Below, in pieces: positions 24,556-37,011 of a DNA stretch of 64,000 bases. Made by a program: the position numbers and the translations under genes. The stretch spans positions 99,574,001 to 99,638,000 of the forward strand of contig NC_087436.1 of assembly GCF_036321535.1 (NCBI RefSeq). Direction: 5' to 3'. Below the pieces are notes generated by a model. That model saw only the letters and a list, made by a program, of their open reading frames with translations, was not told where the DNA came from and searched no databases. Within the stretch, counting starts at the first letter, position 1. Every line of letters starts with the position of its first letter. This DNA comes from Camelus dromedarius. Its lineage: Eukaryota.

Positions 24556-25452
24556 TTAGAGTAGAACTTTCAATATTTCTTTTAGCATGGGTTTAGTGTT
24601 GGTAAACTCTTTTAGTTTTTGCTTGTCTGTGAAATTCTTTATCTCTCCTTCTATTCTAAAGGATAGCCTTGCTGGATAAAGTATCCTAGGCTGGATCTTT
24701 TTTTCATTCAGGACTTTGAATATATCTTGCCACTCCCTTCTGGCCTGTAGTGTTCATGTAGAGAAATCAGCTGAGAGCCTTATGGAGGTTCCCTTGTAGC
24801 TCACTCTTCTTTTCTCTTGTTGTCTTTAGGATAATTTCTTTATTCTTGACTCTGGCCATCTTGATTATGATATGTCTTGGTGTGGTCTGTTTGGGTTCTC
24901 CCTGTTTGGGACCCTCTGAGCCTCCTGTACTTGGATATCTGATTCCTTTAGGTTTGGGAAGTTTTCAGTCATGATATCTTCAAATACCTTTTCAGTCCGT
25001 TTGTTCTTTCTTCCCCTTCTGGAATCCCTATTATGCGTAGATTGGCACACTTTATATTATCCCATAGGTCCCTTATATTGTTTTCATTGGTTTTTATTTG
25101 TTTTTCTCTCAGCTGTTCTGATTGGGTGCTTTCTGTTGTCCTGTCTTCTAGGTCACTAATTTGCTCCTCTGTATTATCTAGTCTGCTTTGTACAGCCATT
25201 AGATCAGCTGTCATCTCAGCAAATGAGTTTACCAATTCTACTTGGCTTTTCTTTATGGCTTCAATTTCATTTTTGACATATTTTATATCTCTAAACACTA
25301 TCTCTTTTAGTTCCTTCAGTACTTTGACCACTCCTTTTTTTGAGATCTTGATCTAGTAGGCCATCAATGTTTATTTCATTGATCATTCTTTCAGGATATT
25401 TCTCTTGCTCTTTTAATTGGCATTGGTTCCTCTGCTTCTTCATCTTGCTCAT
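24556..25452 (-). pseudogene. L1 ORF1p, disrupted
   Basis: ATG AGC AAG ATG AAG AAG CAG start at 25452; coiled-coil and RDLWDNIKCANLRIIGIPEGEE; frameshift near 25000; later piece ENFPNLKESDIQVQEAQRVP. Confidence 0.85.
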
Positions 25453-27059
25453 GTCTCTCTGGCACTGTGGCTTATGGAGTATCAGATGTCTATTGTGGTC
25501 CTTAAGGAGTTTATTTATTTATCTATCTAAGGCCTATGCAGGAATAAAACTTTAAAAAAAAAAAAGGAGAGAGAGAATTTTAAAAGAAGGGAGGAAAAAA
25601 AGGTTTGAAAACAGTGTGTAATCAATAATAGAAGAGCAAGTTGAAGCAAAATAGCAATCAAGTTGAGATGTCTTTTAAAAATTTTTAAAAAGGAGAAAAG
25701 ATCAACAAAACAATATTTGAAACCTGTTTGTAATCAATAACAGAAGATCAAAGCAAAGAGAAATAAAAATGAAATGAGGTAGATTTTTAAAAATAATAAT
25801 AAAAAATATTTTAAAAGAAAAATTTTAAAAGGATTAAAACTGTAGACATATACAATTGTTTAAAAAGTAAAAATTTAAAGGGTAATAGAAAATAGAACAG
25901 ATAAAAAAAGATTAAAGAAACAAAAGTGATGTGTTCTCATTGAGACTGTGCACTCTTAATGATTTTATCGAGAGGTCTTTCTGTTACACCCTATTTTGCG
26001 AACTCATCTTGCTGTTTCCAGAGGCCTCCTGTTGGCACCTTCGTCTGTGCTGCTCCCAGAGCCTGTCAGCAAGCAGATCGTGCCCCCCCCCAACACTGGG
26101 TCAGGTGCTGCACTCTTACATGGTTGGCGAGCAGGTCACTCCCCCTCTGGATGCCGCAGATACTGTACTCAGGAGGTAGGTGGGCAGATAGTGCCCCCTC
26201 CCAGCACCAAGGTCAGGTGCTGTGCTCCTACCAGGAAGGTGGATGGCCGCCTGCCCTCTCCTGGCGCCAGTCGCTCCCCTGCTCTGTGCAGCTGCCCACT
26301 CCACCCTGGGTCGGAGCTCCATAAGCGGGCTCGGGGAAGACTGTGAAACAGCCCAGCCCCTGCTCTGTGCCAAAACCCAGCTCCTTGTTTGTCTTGGCAG
26401 CCCGAGTTCTCTGAGGTACCAGGGTGGAAAGATCCTATCTGCCTCGTGCTATAAACAAGTCTCAGTCCTGCCTGGGAGGTTGTGGAGCCCCCAGGTGCGG
26501 ATTCAGGGCGCTGCGCACAGGAGGAGACGGCGGCTGTGGCTGTGCCCTGCCTCTCTTCTCCCGAGAAGCGCCAGTAATGGCACTGTGGGTCTGAGGAGAC
26601 AAAGGCTATGGCCCCCTCCCCCCAGGGCACACCAGCAGTGTTGCTTTGCTTTTTTTTTTTTTTTTTTAATTTTCGTAATTTATGGCGGACCCAGGTTGTT
26701 CTGCTTCGTATCCCCTCTCAGCCATGGCATGCAGCCCCCTGCCGTCCGCCAAGGCTGCTTCGGTGCAGCCGCCCCATTCCTCCACCTGGTTCGGGTGGCC
26801 TGTCCCGGCCCCCAGCTGCCAGCTCATGTTTCGGGCTGGGTGTCACAGGGACCCTTTGTGCCTGTTTAACTTAGTTCTGTCAGTCAAGGGGTGCCCCGTA
26901 TAGATCCGAGCCTCGGAGGCTCCCTCTCCGTCCCGCTGGCCTCTCTCTGTAGAGGAGGAGACCCAGTGAATGAGCGCCAGTCCTCCTTGGCCGCTCCCTC
27001 CCCGCGGGACCGGTCCCGCGCTGTTTTGCTTTTTCTTCTTTCTTTTTTCCTTTTCCACA

Positions 27060-29185
27060 ATCAGAAGTCCAGGTCTCTAAAATAATCCTACTCTAGTCAT
27101 GGTTTCTAAATCCCCTGTTTGACCCAGTCCTTCTCCTATCTTTCCTGAATATCCTGGAAACATTTTATTTTACCTTCTAACACACCAGATCTGTGACCAG
27201 CAAGAATATCTATATCCTTTACCCTTTTTAAAAATATTTTTCTCCTCTTTACAATAATTTGATATGCATGATCCTCTGAGGACACTACCTCCCTCTAGTC
27301 TCCTTAAATGGAGACTGCTCTTTAAAGTATAGTTATTATTCTCTTATTGTCTCACATCCAGTGTGTAAAGGTCCATGGCCTCTCTGAAGCCAATTTTTCC
27401 CTCCTTCAAAAGCTCTAGATCTTGTAAGTATATTCCATAGACATAGTGCCACCTACCTAGTCTCCCATTGGTATCACCTTCAGATTTCCTGCTTATTTCT
27501 CCGCAATTATTGATCTATTGCTGAGTCCTATTTTCCTCTTCATCTCATTCCTATAATTTTTTCAAGTATATTATCCACATACATAGCCCATTGAATAACT
27601 GGTTATCTCAACCCCTTGATCTTGTCTCCAATTTTCCTTCAGCCACTGTCATAGTCATGTTTGGGAACTTGTTATGCACAGTAACGCAACTTCTTCCAAA
27701 GGCTTGTTATGCGGAGTAACTCTAAACTTTGCTTTCTACAACCTCAGAATCTGACTTTCTCTTCTGCTACTATAGTTCATTTATTCTCAGAACCATAGTG
27801 TAGCAGTTCTTTCACCAGATTAAAAACTGCAAACAACATCAGTTTTTTGTTTTGTTTTGTTTTGTTTTTACAGCGATCATTAATCTTCTGCTGTTCACTT
27901 CCATCCTTACATGAATTGCCAACGATGGTTAACTACAAACATTCATCCTCTTAAGTTTTCTGGAGAAAAATCATGCATTTTACTGACTGTTTCAAAGCTG
28001 AATTCAAGAAAATAAACCTCAAATAGGCAACACTACTGAGCAGCCCACCTGTGTCTAAATTAAATTTTTATATTGATCTCAGATACAAAAATAACTATTT
28101 TGTACCTTCAAGTTTCTCCTCAGACCACCTGTATCTCCTCTATTCTTCATTTGTAGCTCGTAATCTTGCCTCAAAATTCATTTTGAAGATGGATTCCATC
28201 AGATAGGACCTCCTCTCATTATTTCATAACCAATTGAACAATTTTAGTTACACATGGCCCTCTAGTCTTTATCTAATTTTACAAAGTGTTAAGTTTTCCT
28301 CTGTTACCAATTAGCAAAAGCTATTCCTTTCCCAGTTTCTTTAGAACGCATCCTCTGTCTATTACTGATGAACTGCACTCCAGCAGTTACTGGGAGCATA
28401 CAAACATTTGTGTTTGATCACACACCTCTCTTAATCTTCTGTCTTATTTTCCTTCTTCCAGTTACTGAAAAAAAAAATTCACATGAAAAAATGCTGAGAC
28501 TGTCTCCCCACCAATGACATTTTAACTCACATAGCCTAGTTTCCACCATATTTTCTAGAATTTGTGTCAGGGTCACAGAGAGCATTTTCATTGCCCCAAA
28601 GAAAGCTGCTTTGTCTTCATTTTAGGCTACTGTTCAACCATGTTTAATACAATAATCTCCTTGAAACAGTCCCTGACATTCCTCAGTGAATATTGTTCTC
28701 TGTACTCTTTAATGGTCCTTGTTTCTGAATAGACTGAATATGCCAGGAAACATTCCTGGATCCCTTCTTGTTTTTTGTTTTGCTTTGTTTTATTCTCTGT
28801 CTACATTCTTTTCCTAGGTCATTTCATAGATACTTATCTTCAATCTATGTACCTGTGACTTTCAAATATATACATCCACCTCTAATGCTTCCTTGTGATC
28901 CACTTGTGTGTATATATATATAAAACTTACTGCATACTTGTTATAGTTGGCTGTCTAAGCCATCACACAATTAAATATCAATAATTCTTGATTTCATCTA
29001 CCAAATTCAATCCTCCATCAGTTTTTTCCCTTTCTCTTATGTGCCCTAGCTAACTTCTAGCATCTTTCTTTCTTCACTTTTAGTGTTATGACCCTAATGC
29101 AAAGGACCTTGCTTGTCTCGTGGATGACCAGATCCAGTGTTGAGAAAAGTATATGGTACACAATAGTTACTATGCAAATATTTTT
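27060..29185 (+). mobile_element. Degraded L2 LINE
   Basis: CT-rich L2-like sequence; CAATCTATGTACCTGTGACTTTCAAATATATACATCCA near 28840-28880 resembles the degenerate L2 YADD region; L2-like 3' end TGGTACACAATAGTTACTATGCAAATATTT. Confidence 0.55.
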
Positions 29186-30307
29186 AAGTAAAAGAGAGAA
29201 ATTTCACAGGTATCTTCAGAATTGTTTTTTTTTTAGCCATTAGAAAAATTAGGGAATTGGGAATTTTCAATCTTTTGTTGATATGTTAAGTTGCAAGAAA
29301 TAAATGTGGGTAAATCTTTAGGAATACGTCTTCATAAAAATGAGGCAAGAGGTATACATTCTAAGGTTTTGTAAGAACCCAGTTTTGATATAAGGAATTC
29401 AGATTTTTTCATCACTTCTTCTGCAATTTTTAGTGTGTTATCTCTATCATTATTATAAGATAGCCATCATAGTTCCCAATATACATCCTCTTGTAACAGT
29501 GGCTCAAACAAGATGCAAAAAAGGTGATGCAATGTTTTCTCTTTGCACTATTGTAATAAGAAGAGCCCACTAGTCTGTGACATCTAGATGGAAACTCTTT
29601 GATATAAGTACCCTTTGACCCAGAGTTCTCTTACTGGCCTCTCCTGACCTCTCCTCTTTTCCCTCCCTCCTTAACTGACATACTAGATATCCTATTTGTG
29701 TTGCTGATCAAGTGACCCTATGACATACTGTAGCAAATTTAGGAAAACACATTTCCTTTTGGGGGACACGTGTGACTATCAGGTACATTTCATATATAAC
29801 CAATCAGGGAACTCATGCTAAATGTAGCCCCTCTCTAATTAACAAAGAAATCCTTTCACTTCTATCATTCTGCTGCTTTTCCAATTACCTTGTTAGCACA
29901 TGGCTGGTGAAGCCCTTCTTCCCCTCTGATGTCAGCATTTATAAACTTTGTTCTCTTATGCTTAATGTTGGTCATATTATCACTGCAGCTGTCCAGTGAA
30001 TTGCTGTGTGGAGAACAGTGAGGCTGGTGATTTGGTCCCTCTAAGATTGACAGAAACAACTATTCTCATTCCCTCCCCCTCAAAATCAAGAAGAACAGTT
30101 CTCCTTCAAAGGCCATCACTAGCTTCTCCTTCTCATCTGCTATATCATATGTTCACTGTGCGCCTGTAGTGCAAAGGAAACAAGATTGCCATGAATGACT
30201 TAGTCTGATCTTGATTAGCCTTTTATGGCTGATCCATTGGAAGGAAAAAGGAAAAAATCATTGTTGATTAAGTAGCCAACAACGTCTGCTACAATAGCCA
30301 TCTAACA

Positions 30308-30510
30308 AAAATAGCCAAGTTTAGCAAATAAAAATACAGAATCCCCAGTTAGATTTGAATTTCAGATCAACTACAAATAATTTGTAGTATAAGGAAGTGA
30401 GTAGAATTATTTAGCATGATTATGTAAATATATACTTATACTAAAAATTATTCATTGTTGATCTGAAATTCAAATTTAATTGGGTTTTATATATTTTCCT
30501 GGCAACTCCA
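30308..30510. mobile_element. MER53-like palindromic hAT MITE
   Basis: TTTAGCAAATAAAAATACAGAATCCCCAGTTAGATTTGAATTTCAGATCAAC with inverted arm GTTGATCTGAAATTCAAATTTAATTGGG..CCTGGCAACT. Confidence 0.88.
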
Positions 30511-31904
30511 CAGTTTCTTAACCAAACTATAAAGAAGAAAATGTATATATTTTATTATTATTCTGCATCCCTGATCATCTTTCAAGGCCCTCCCATTCCA
30601 TGAAATATTTGTTGCCCAGGTAAACCAAGGACTTTATGTTGACACTGAAGTTGAGGCTCCCTCTTAGTCCCCTTTTCAGGCATTCCCTCTGCTCCTGTCA
30701 TCTTGATACCAGTGCTTTTCTTCTAGCAAAAGCGGTGTGATGTTGAGAAATGAACTTGGAAACTAGTTTCAGGGCTACAACTGACTTCAAACTCAGTTGA
30801 ACTGTTTATCAATGTGACCAGGGCTATGCCACTGCTTAAAATACCTTTGAGTTGATATGAGATTAAAGTAGTTTAAGATATTTTCATAAGACACCATGGG
30901 ATTGTATTATATTATTATTATGCACTGAACAAGTACCAAGGGGCCTTTCATTCTGAAGCTTGATAATCAGAGAAGTTCATTTTGCCACAGTGTTAAGTGT
31001 TCTCCACTCATTAAGATGTATGTAGGATCTTCATGAAAAACAATATTGTTAATATTGTCACAGAGGGCATTTCAGACCGCATGATGGCTTCTAGCTGGCA
31101 ATGTCGTCAGTCATCTCGTCAGCTCTTAAATGCACAAAATTGAGACAGTTGCCTGCTCGGCTTTTGCACTGTGTATTCCACCACCTGCTTTCTAAGAAAT
31201 AGTACAACCATTTAACTGTTACAGGGAGAATCACATGATCAAATTCACATTCCTTTAGAATTTCCAACAAAGGCACAAGGAACAGTGACACCAAAGTTTG
31301 CAGATTTTTCCAACTCCATTTTGTAATATTTTGTAACAAGGAGAGCTTTGCGGGGCTGGTTGGCACTTCAGCTAATATTAGTGAACCTTTCCTCTCGGAA
31401 TGTGGTATTATCTAAATTTATCCAACACTGGTGTAACTGAGTATTCTCTTATATCAAGGAGCTCTTACAAATGGCTGTCAAAGGCAGTAGAATTTAGCCA
31501 AAATTTCTGTTACCGCAGCAGTGCAGTGCGAGACTATGACAAGCCTCTTAGTTTCACCACATCTGGCTACAGTTTACCTCTAAGCTCTATAATTCAAAAC
31601 AAAACAAAACAGTAAAGAGAGAGGAAGAAAGAAGAGAAAAGTGAGACAATGTCCCTCCTGAGCCATGAAGGAATTTGACTCAAGTCAGATGATTTAGGTT
31701 CAAAATGACAATTTGGAAAAATAATGAACATTTAGCATAAGGGAAATGTAGCTCACTTTGCATCCAGTCATCCAGAAAATGTAAGTTTACTCTTGTAGCT
31801 TTGCATACCTTGAGAATTTCTGCTCTTTTTATTTTTTAAATTGTATATGATTCAAGGCTATATTAAACCTTCAGATATTTGTATCTTATACACGTAGCTA
31901 AGGA

Positions 31905-32245
31905 CAAGCCTATAATAGCATTGAAAGAGGATAATAAATAAGCAAAACACAGATTTTTAGGGCAGTTAAACTTCTCTGTATTTTGCTGTAATGATGGATA
32001 CACATCATTGTAAATTTGTCAAAAACCATAGAATGTACACCACCAAAGATGAACTCTGTGATAACGATGTGCCAGTAAAAGTTCATTGATTTTAACAAAT
32101 GTACCACTCTGTTAGGGGATGCTGATAATGGGAGACACTATGCAGGTGTGGTACAGGGGGCTTATGAGAATCTCTGTACATTGTGTTCAAGTTTGCTGTG
32201 AACCTAAATCTGCTCTTAAAAGATACAGTCTATTTTTAAAAAGGA
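31905..32245 (+). mobile_element. Old L1M (L1MB/MC-like) 3' end
   Basis: GATTTTTAGGGCAGT..GATGGATACACATCATTG..CCATAGAATGTACACCACC..TGCTGTGAACCTAAA. Confidence 0.8.
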
Positions 32246-33689
32246 GAATAATACAGCAATTACTTTATCATCTTAAGAAACCTGCCTCATATCTTAAGTA
32301 TAGACATAACTTTGGCATATTTGATAAATGTGACTCTAATATCCGAAAATGTCAATATAGATAGTAAAAATGTGAAATCTTTATTTTCCTAAAAAAAATT
32401 TGAGATAAATATATTTGTAGATTAACTCATAGGACATCACAAAATAAAGTGCATGCTTCAACTTGAAAACAAAAGATGTTTTAAAAATAAATTAGCTTTA
32501 GTGGGTAGAGCAGCATTCAACCTTCATAGACTATCCATTATAAAATATGAGTTTATTTTTAGAAGATATAAAAAAAGCATCATTTATATTTTAATTCTAA
32601 AATATTATTTCCAAGAATAATGTTTGAAAATTGACTTTTTATTAGGGTAAATGCTCACAAAACATATTTTTTCTATGCATAGGCACACCATTTAAATTTA
32701 ATGTCAGGCTGCAATTACTCTTCTATTCAGAACCAATAAAATGAATTGGGATCATTCCCTTTCAAAAAGTATGAAAACTCAAAACATTAATTTACTCTCT
32801 TGTTTATTCTTCTAATTTAAGATTACTGAAAGTGACCCTTTGCCTTCATTAAAATTGGCTATTTAAATAAGTATTGCGATTACATTCTAACCACTGAATG
32901 TCAATTACTTTCAGATTAGGAATGAATTTATTTAGATCACTAGGGAAATTGATCTTGTATGTCTTCTCAAACACAGTAAGATTTCAACATTTATCTCATT
33001 TGAATCAGATGAGGGTCTGGCCACACACATTCCCTTTACTAATTTTCTTTCCTAGCCTTGAAAATTATGTTATATTTGTGAGCCTGGTGTTTTAATACAT
33101 TCTCATGTATATGTACTGTCTTAGTAGTCTAAACATAAATGAAAACATAATAACATTTCTTGACGGATCTTAATAACAACTTTAATAATGTTTTATCCTT
33201 GGAGAGTACAATGATATTAAGGCATTAGTTCACTTACGGTTTAATAGAATTTTTTCAAAAATGGCTTTAAAATATCTTTAATGAGTTGATACTTCCATGA
33301 GGCAGTTACAAATAGAATATTTCTGTAACACAAGTTTTTAAAAACAATCAAAATAAGATTTCTTAAAGCTAATTATTTCAAGAAAATGTTTTAGTATGTG
33401 TTACGAAAGTTGTATTATATAGTTAAAATATACACAATTTCTTTTCTGCTATTATAAAGTGTTCATTTTATACAAGATTAATATTCAAAGAGTTCTAGAA
33501 GATTAAAGAAAAATGCAGAAGGAAATAACAAAGAGTGGGATGGAAAACAAGATTCAAGAAAATAGAGAAAAATCACTAGTTCACTTGGGGAATGGTATTT
33601 CAATTCAGAAAGTATTTGCAGTGATAATTTGATATTTTACAATTCTGTTGACTAATATCTATTAGCTAAAGTATTCTTAGTCATTTCTG

Positions 33690-34295
33690 TAGTTATGATT
33701 TGTTATATAAGATAAGTTTCCTGCAAGTAACTAAAAACTCAAAGTCAAAATAGCTAAAAAATAAAGATGTTTATCATCTCACATAGTAAGTTCTGCTGGT
33801 GAATTCACATCTCAATAATGTCACTAGGAGCCCACCCGTGTTCTTTCCATCTTTTTATCCTGTCAGCCTCAGCAGGCTTGTTAGTTACCTCTTGTCCGCT
33901 ACTGCTGCATCAGCTTCAGGCATCACAACCATATGCACTATTGTTTAGAGACAAAAAAGAGAGAGAGAAACACTTTCATTTGGTCTCCTTTTGTTAATAA
34001 CCAAAATATATTTCCTAAAATCCCAGAAAATTTCTATATTTCCTAAAATCCCAGAAAATTTCTCCCATGCCTCATTGGTGAGAACTGTGTTGCATTACCT
34101 ACAGGATATAATCATTGGAAAGGGAGATTAGACCATTGCTCCAGATTAATTAAGATTGGCTTCAATTGGTAAGGCTGAGGATAACTTTTTCCTGAGGTAT
34201 GTGAAAAATCATGGACACATAAAATAAATCAGGGGACAATTAACAAGGGAGAAGGGGAAATTACCATTGGATATGCAACATCAGAGTTTGCTACC
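33690..34295 (-). mobile_element. Old MaLR LTR (MLT1J/K-like)
   Basis: CTGCAAGTAACTAAAAACTCAAA..TTTATCATCTCACATAGTAAG..CTGCTGCATCAGCTTCAGGCATCACA..TCTCCCATGCCTCATTGG. Confidence 0.6.
34007..34062 (+). repeat. Perfect 28-bp tandem duplication
   Basis: TATATTTCCTAAAATCCCAGAAAATTTC twice, 34007-34034 and 34035-34062. Confidence 0.95.
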
Positions 34296-36591
34296 ATGCA
34301 AGTGTATATTGTGCCATTAATCAATTAAAACATGCCTAAAGCATAAATGCAAAAAAGTCTGTTCTGTGATGTAATCATTTGCTGGGGCTTATCCTAGAGA
34401 TCAAATCACCCTTCCAGCTTTAGTTCATATTGCGTTATTGAAGGATGATGGTTTAAACTGCTAGGTTCAAGGAAGAACAAGCTGCGTCCTAATCAGAGCT
34501 TATCTCAAGTGATCAACTGTTTGAGATGTGTGGGCCAAAACTACTTTTACTCTTAAGAATTCAAGTCATGGAAAACAAAAGATTAAAAATAAATAAATAG
34601 AAGAAAAAGAAGCAAAGAAACTAGAAGCAGCCTCTTTCTAGAGCAGAGAACCTCTTTCTTCCTTAGTTAGTGTAATATGTCAGAGTCTCTTCAAATCTTT
34701 TAATTTCATGCTATTCAGTTCCACTCCTTTTGTCTGCATGCCCCCTTCTGCTCTCCTCTCTTCCCCTCTCCCTTCCTTTTTGAAAGCATTTGTGCCACGG
34801 ACGCTTTGCTGGTCATGTTGTAAGCAAAGAGCACTGCAGGGGTGAAGTTTCAGAGGATAACACAGATCCCAAGACTTTTATCATCTTCAAGACATAGACA
34901 CATATGGAACCATATAAAATGCAGGGCAGAGTATCACAGGAATGAGGAGAGAGAGCCTTTCTGAGTAGAAGATAAAGGCTTTATTAATAAAGTAACATTT
35001 AGTTTGAGTAATTGTCTATTTTTATCTATAGCACTGACACATTATTAAAAAAAAGATAAGAATGGTAAGAATGGCAAGATGATGTGCAGAGGAGAATTAT
35101 CTCATTTTTTATGTGCCAGACATTATACACGAACCATCTCATTTAACCCTATATTTATTTGGATAAGTTGATATTTTTCATATGTTACAGTGAAGGAAAG
35201 TTACAGGCAAGGAGACAGGGCATCTTGCCAAGTGTAAGGTTAGTACCTCAGGGAGGTATTCCAAAGTTGATATTCTTATCTGCTCTATTGTTCTGATTCC
35301 CATGGTATGTATTCAATCAGTGATTTGTCATTAAAATGAACTATAAACTTTTGATAGGCAAACATCATAAGATTGGAAGAAAACTGAAACAGGGATGTTT
35401 TCCCCACTTGTGTTCCCACAGAGACACTGTGTCTCAGTTAAGTCTGTTGGGACCTATTATATCAACTGACACAAAGAAACTTTACTTCCCAGAACAAGGT
35501 AGTTGTTTATTGTCTCAACAGCCAGGTATGGACTACTTGTCTTTAGTTATTTCCTACTGTAATGAAAGTGACTTTTTATTGTCAAAAGTCATTGCCATGA
35601 AGAGAACATGACTTTTATTTAAAAGAAGTCTAAAACTGCTCAAAGTCTAGCAAAAGCCAAAGGTAAAACCCAATTCCTAGGATTATTTATATCAGAAAAA
35701 GTGGAGATCTTTTCAAGTTGAAAGCATGGTTTTCATATTTTAACAATTAACCTATTCCATGTGGTTTAAAAGAACATATGTTCCATTCATATTTGAAACA
35801 ACTGGAGGCTTAAGTACAAAATTAAATGAACACTAAAATGTGTTAAGATAAAAAGTAAAAACACAGCAGTTAACTGTCAAAGAACGTGGGTGAGTCTATC
35901 ATTAGAGGCCAAGGTTTAAGACATAGGTTTTTGAGTGTGTTCTGAAGGTAATTCACAGATCTCAGACCAGAGGCCTCTCTCAAGGTTAAGATTTGGTATG
36001 GAAATTAGTCTGGTGAAATAATAATCATTATAATAATTAATTGGTTACTGAATATGAGCAAGAGACTCAGCTAGGAATAATTCATAATTATTTTATTTAT
36101 ACTTGGCACAGTAATCCTATGAGTGAAATAGGAATATTTTTCTCATTTTAGAGGTTAAAAAAAGTGAAGCTTAGAAAGACTTAATTTTGGCAAAATCACA
36201 AAGATTATAAATTATGGAACAGGAGTCAGGGCCCAAGTCTGAAGGATTATAGATCCTAGATCTTAACCATCTTCAGTTTCTTGTTTTATAAATATTGGCT
36301 TCCTCACAAATTCTCATCAGACTTAGCCAGGAGTTCTTGATTTCTATGAGAGAAGAGAAGGTAGGTATTGACATTATCAGAAGCCCTGGCCTCATCTCTG
36401 CTTATCTGCATGTCTCTTTTTCTCCAACAAATGTGATCAATTACACAAAGATTACTGAGGCTTAATATCCTTTTTAGCTGTGTTTGTCCCATATTTGGAA
36501 ATAATTATTTCAAATACAACCACAAAGGATTCAATTTACTGAGTGCCAACTCTTCGATAGCCATCACATGTATGTCAATTGTAATTTACTT

Positions 36592-37011
36592 CTTTTTTTT
36601 TTTTGAGTTGTGCCTTTTTTTTTGTATTGAAATATAGTTGATCTACAACGCTGTGTTAATTTCTTATGTACAGCATAGTGATTCACTTATATATATATTT
36701 CCTTTTTATATTCTTTTTCATTATAGGCTATTACAAGGTATTGAATGTAGTTCCCTGTGCTGTATATATAGTAGGACCTTGTTGTTTATCTATTCTATAT
36801 GTAGTATTTAGTATCTGCAAATCCCAAACTTCCATTTTATCCCTCCCCACCCTCTTTCCCCCAGTAATGATAAGTTTCTTTTCTATGTCTGTGAGTCTGT
36901 CTCAGTTTTGTAAATAAGTTCAGGTCTTCATACTAAGTGCAGTGAGCTAGACAGAGAAATAAAAATACCATATGATATCACTTATATGTGGAATCTAAAA
37001 AAAAAGACACA
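36592..37011 (-). mobile_element. Short L1 insertion with 5' inversion (twin priming)
   Basis: Poly-T, then minus-strand 3'UTR to ~36922, then plus-strand TCATACTAAGTG..TGTGGAATCTAAAAAAAAAGACACA; degenerate TSD TGTAATTT..CTTTTT on both sides. Confidence 0.85.

Larger units (their letters stand above)
21332..27020 (-). mobile_element. Near full-length, internally deleted and frameshifted LINE-1
   Basis: CpG-rich 5'UTR (~25.9-27.0 kb), ORF1 remnants, endonuclease ORF (TINVNGLN..CCIQETH), RT ORF ([12 protein letters not shown]), C-terminal ORF (VQPLWKTVW..), 3'UTR and short A-rich end. Confidence 0.97.

Noticed and set aside
25931..27085. Cluster of long overlapping ORFs as a host gene or CpG-island promoter
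   Set aside because: Lies within the GC-rich L1 5'UTR; low stop density explains the ORFs and the peptides are unrecognisable
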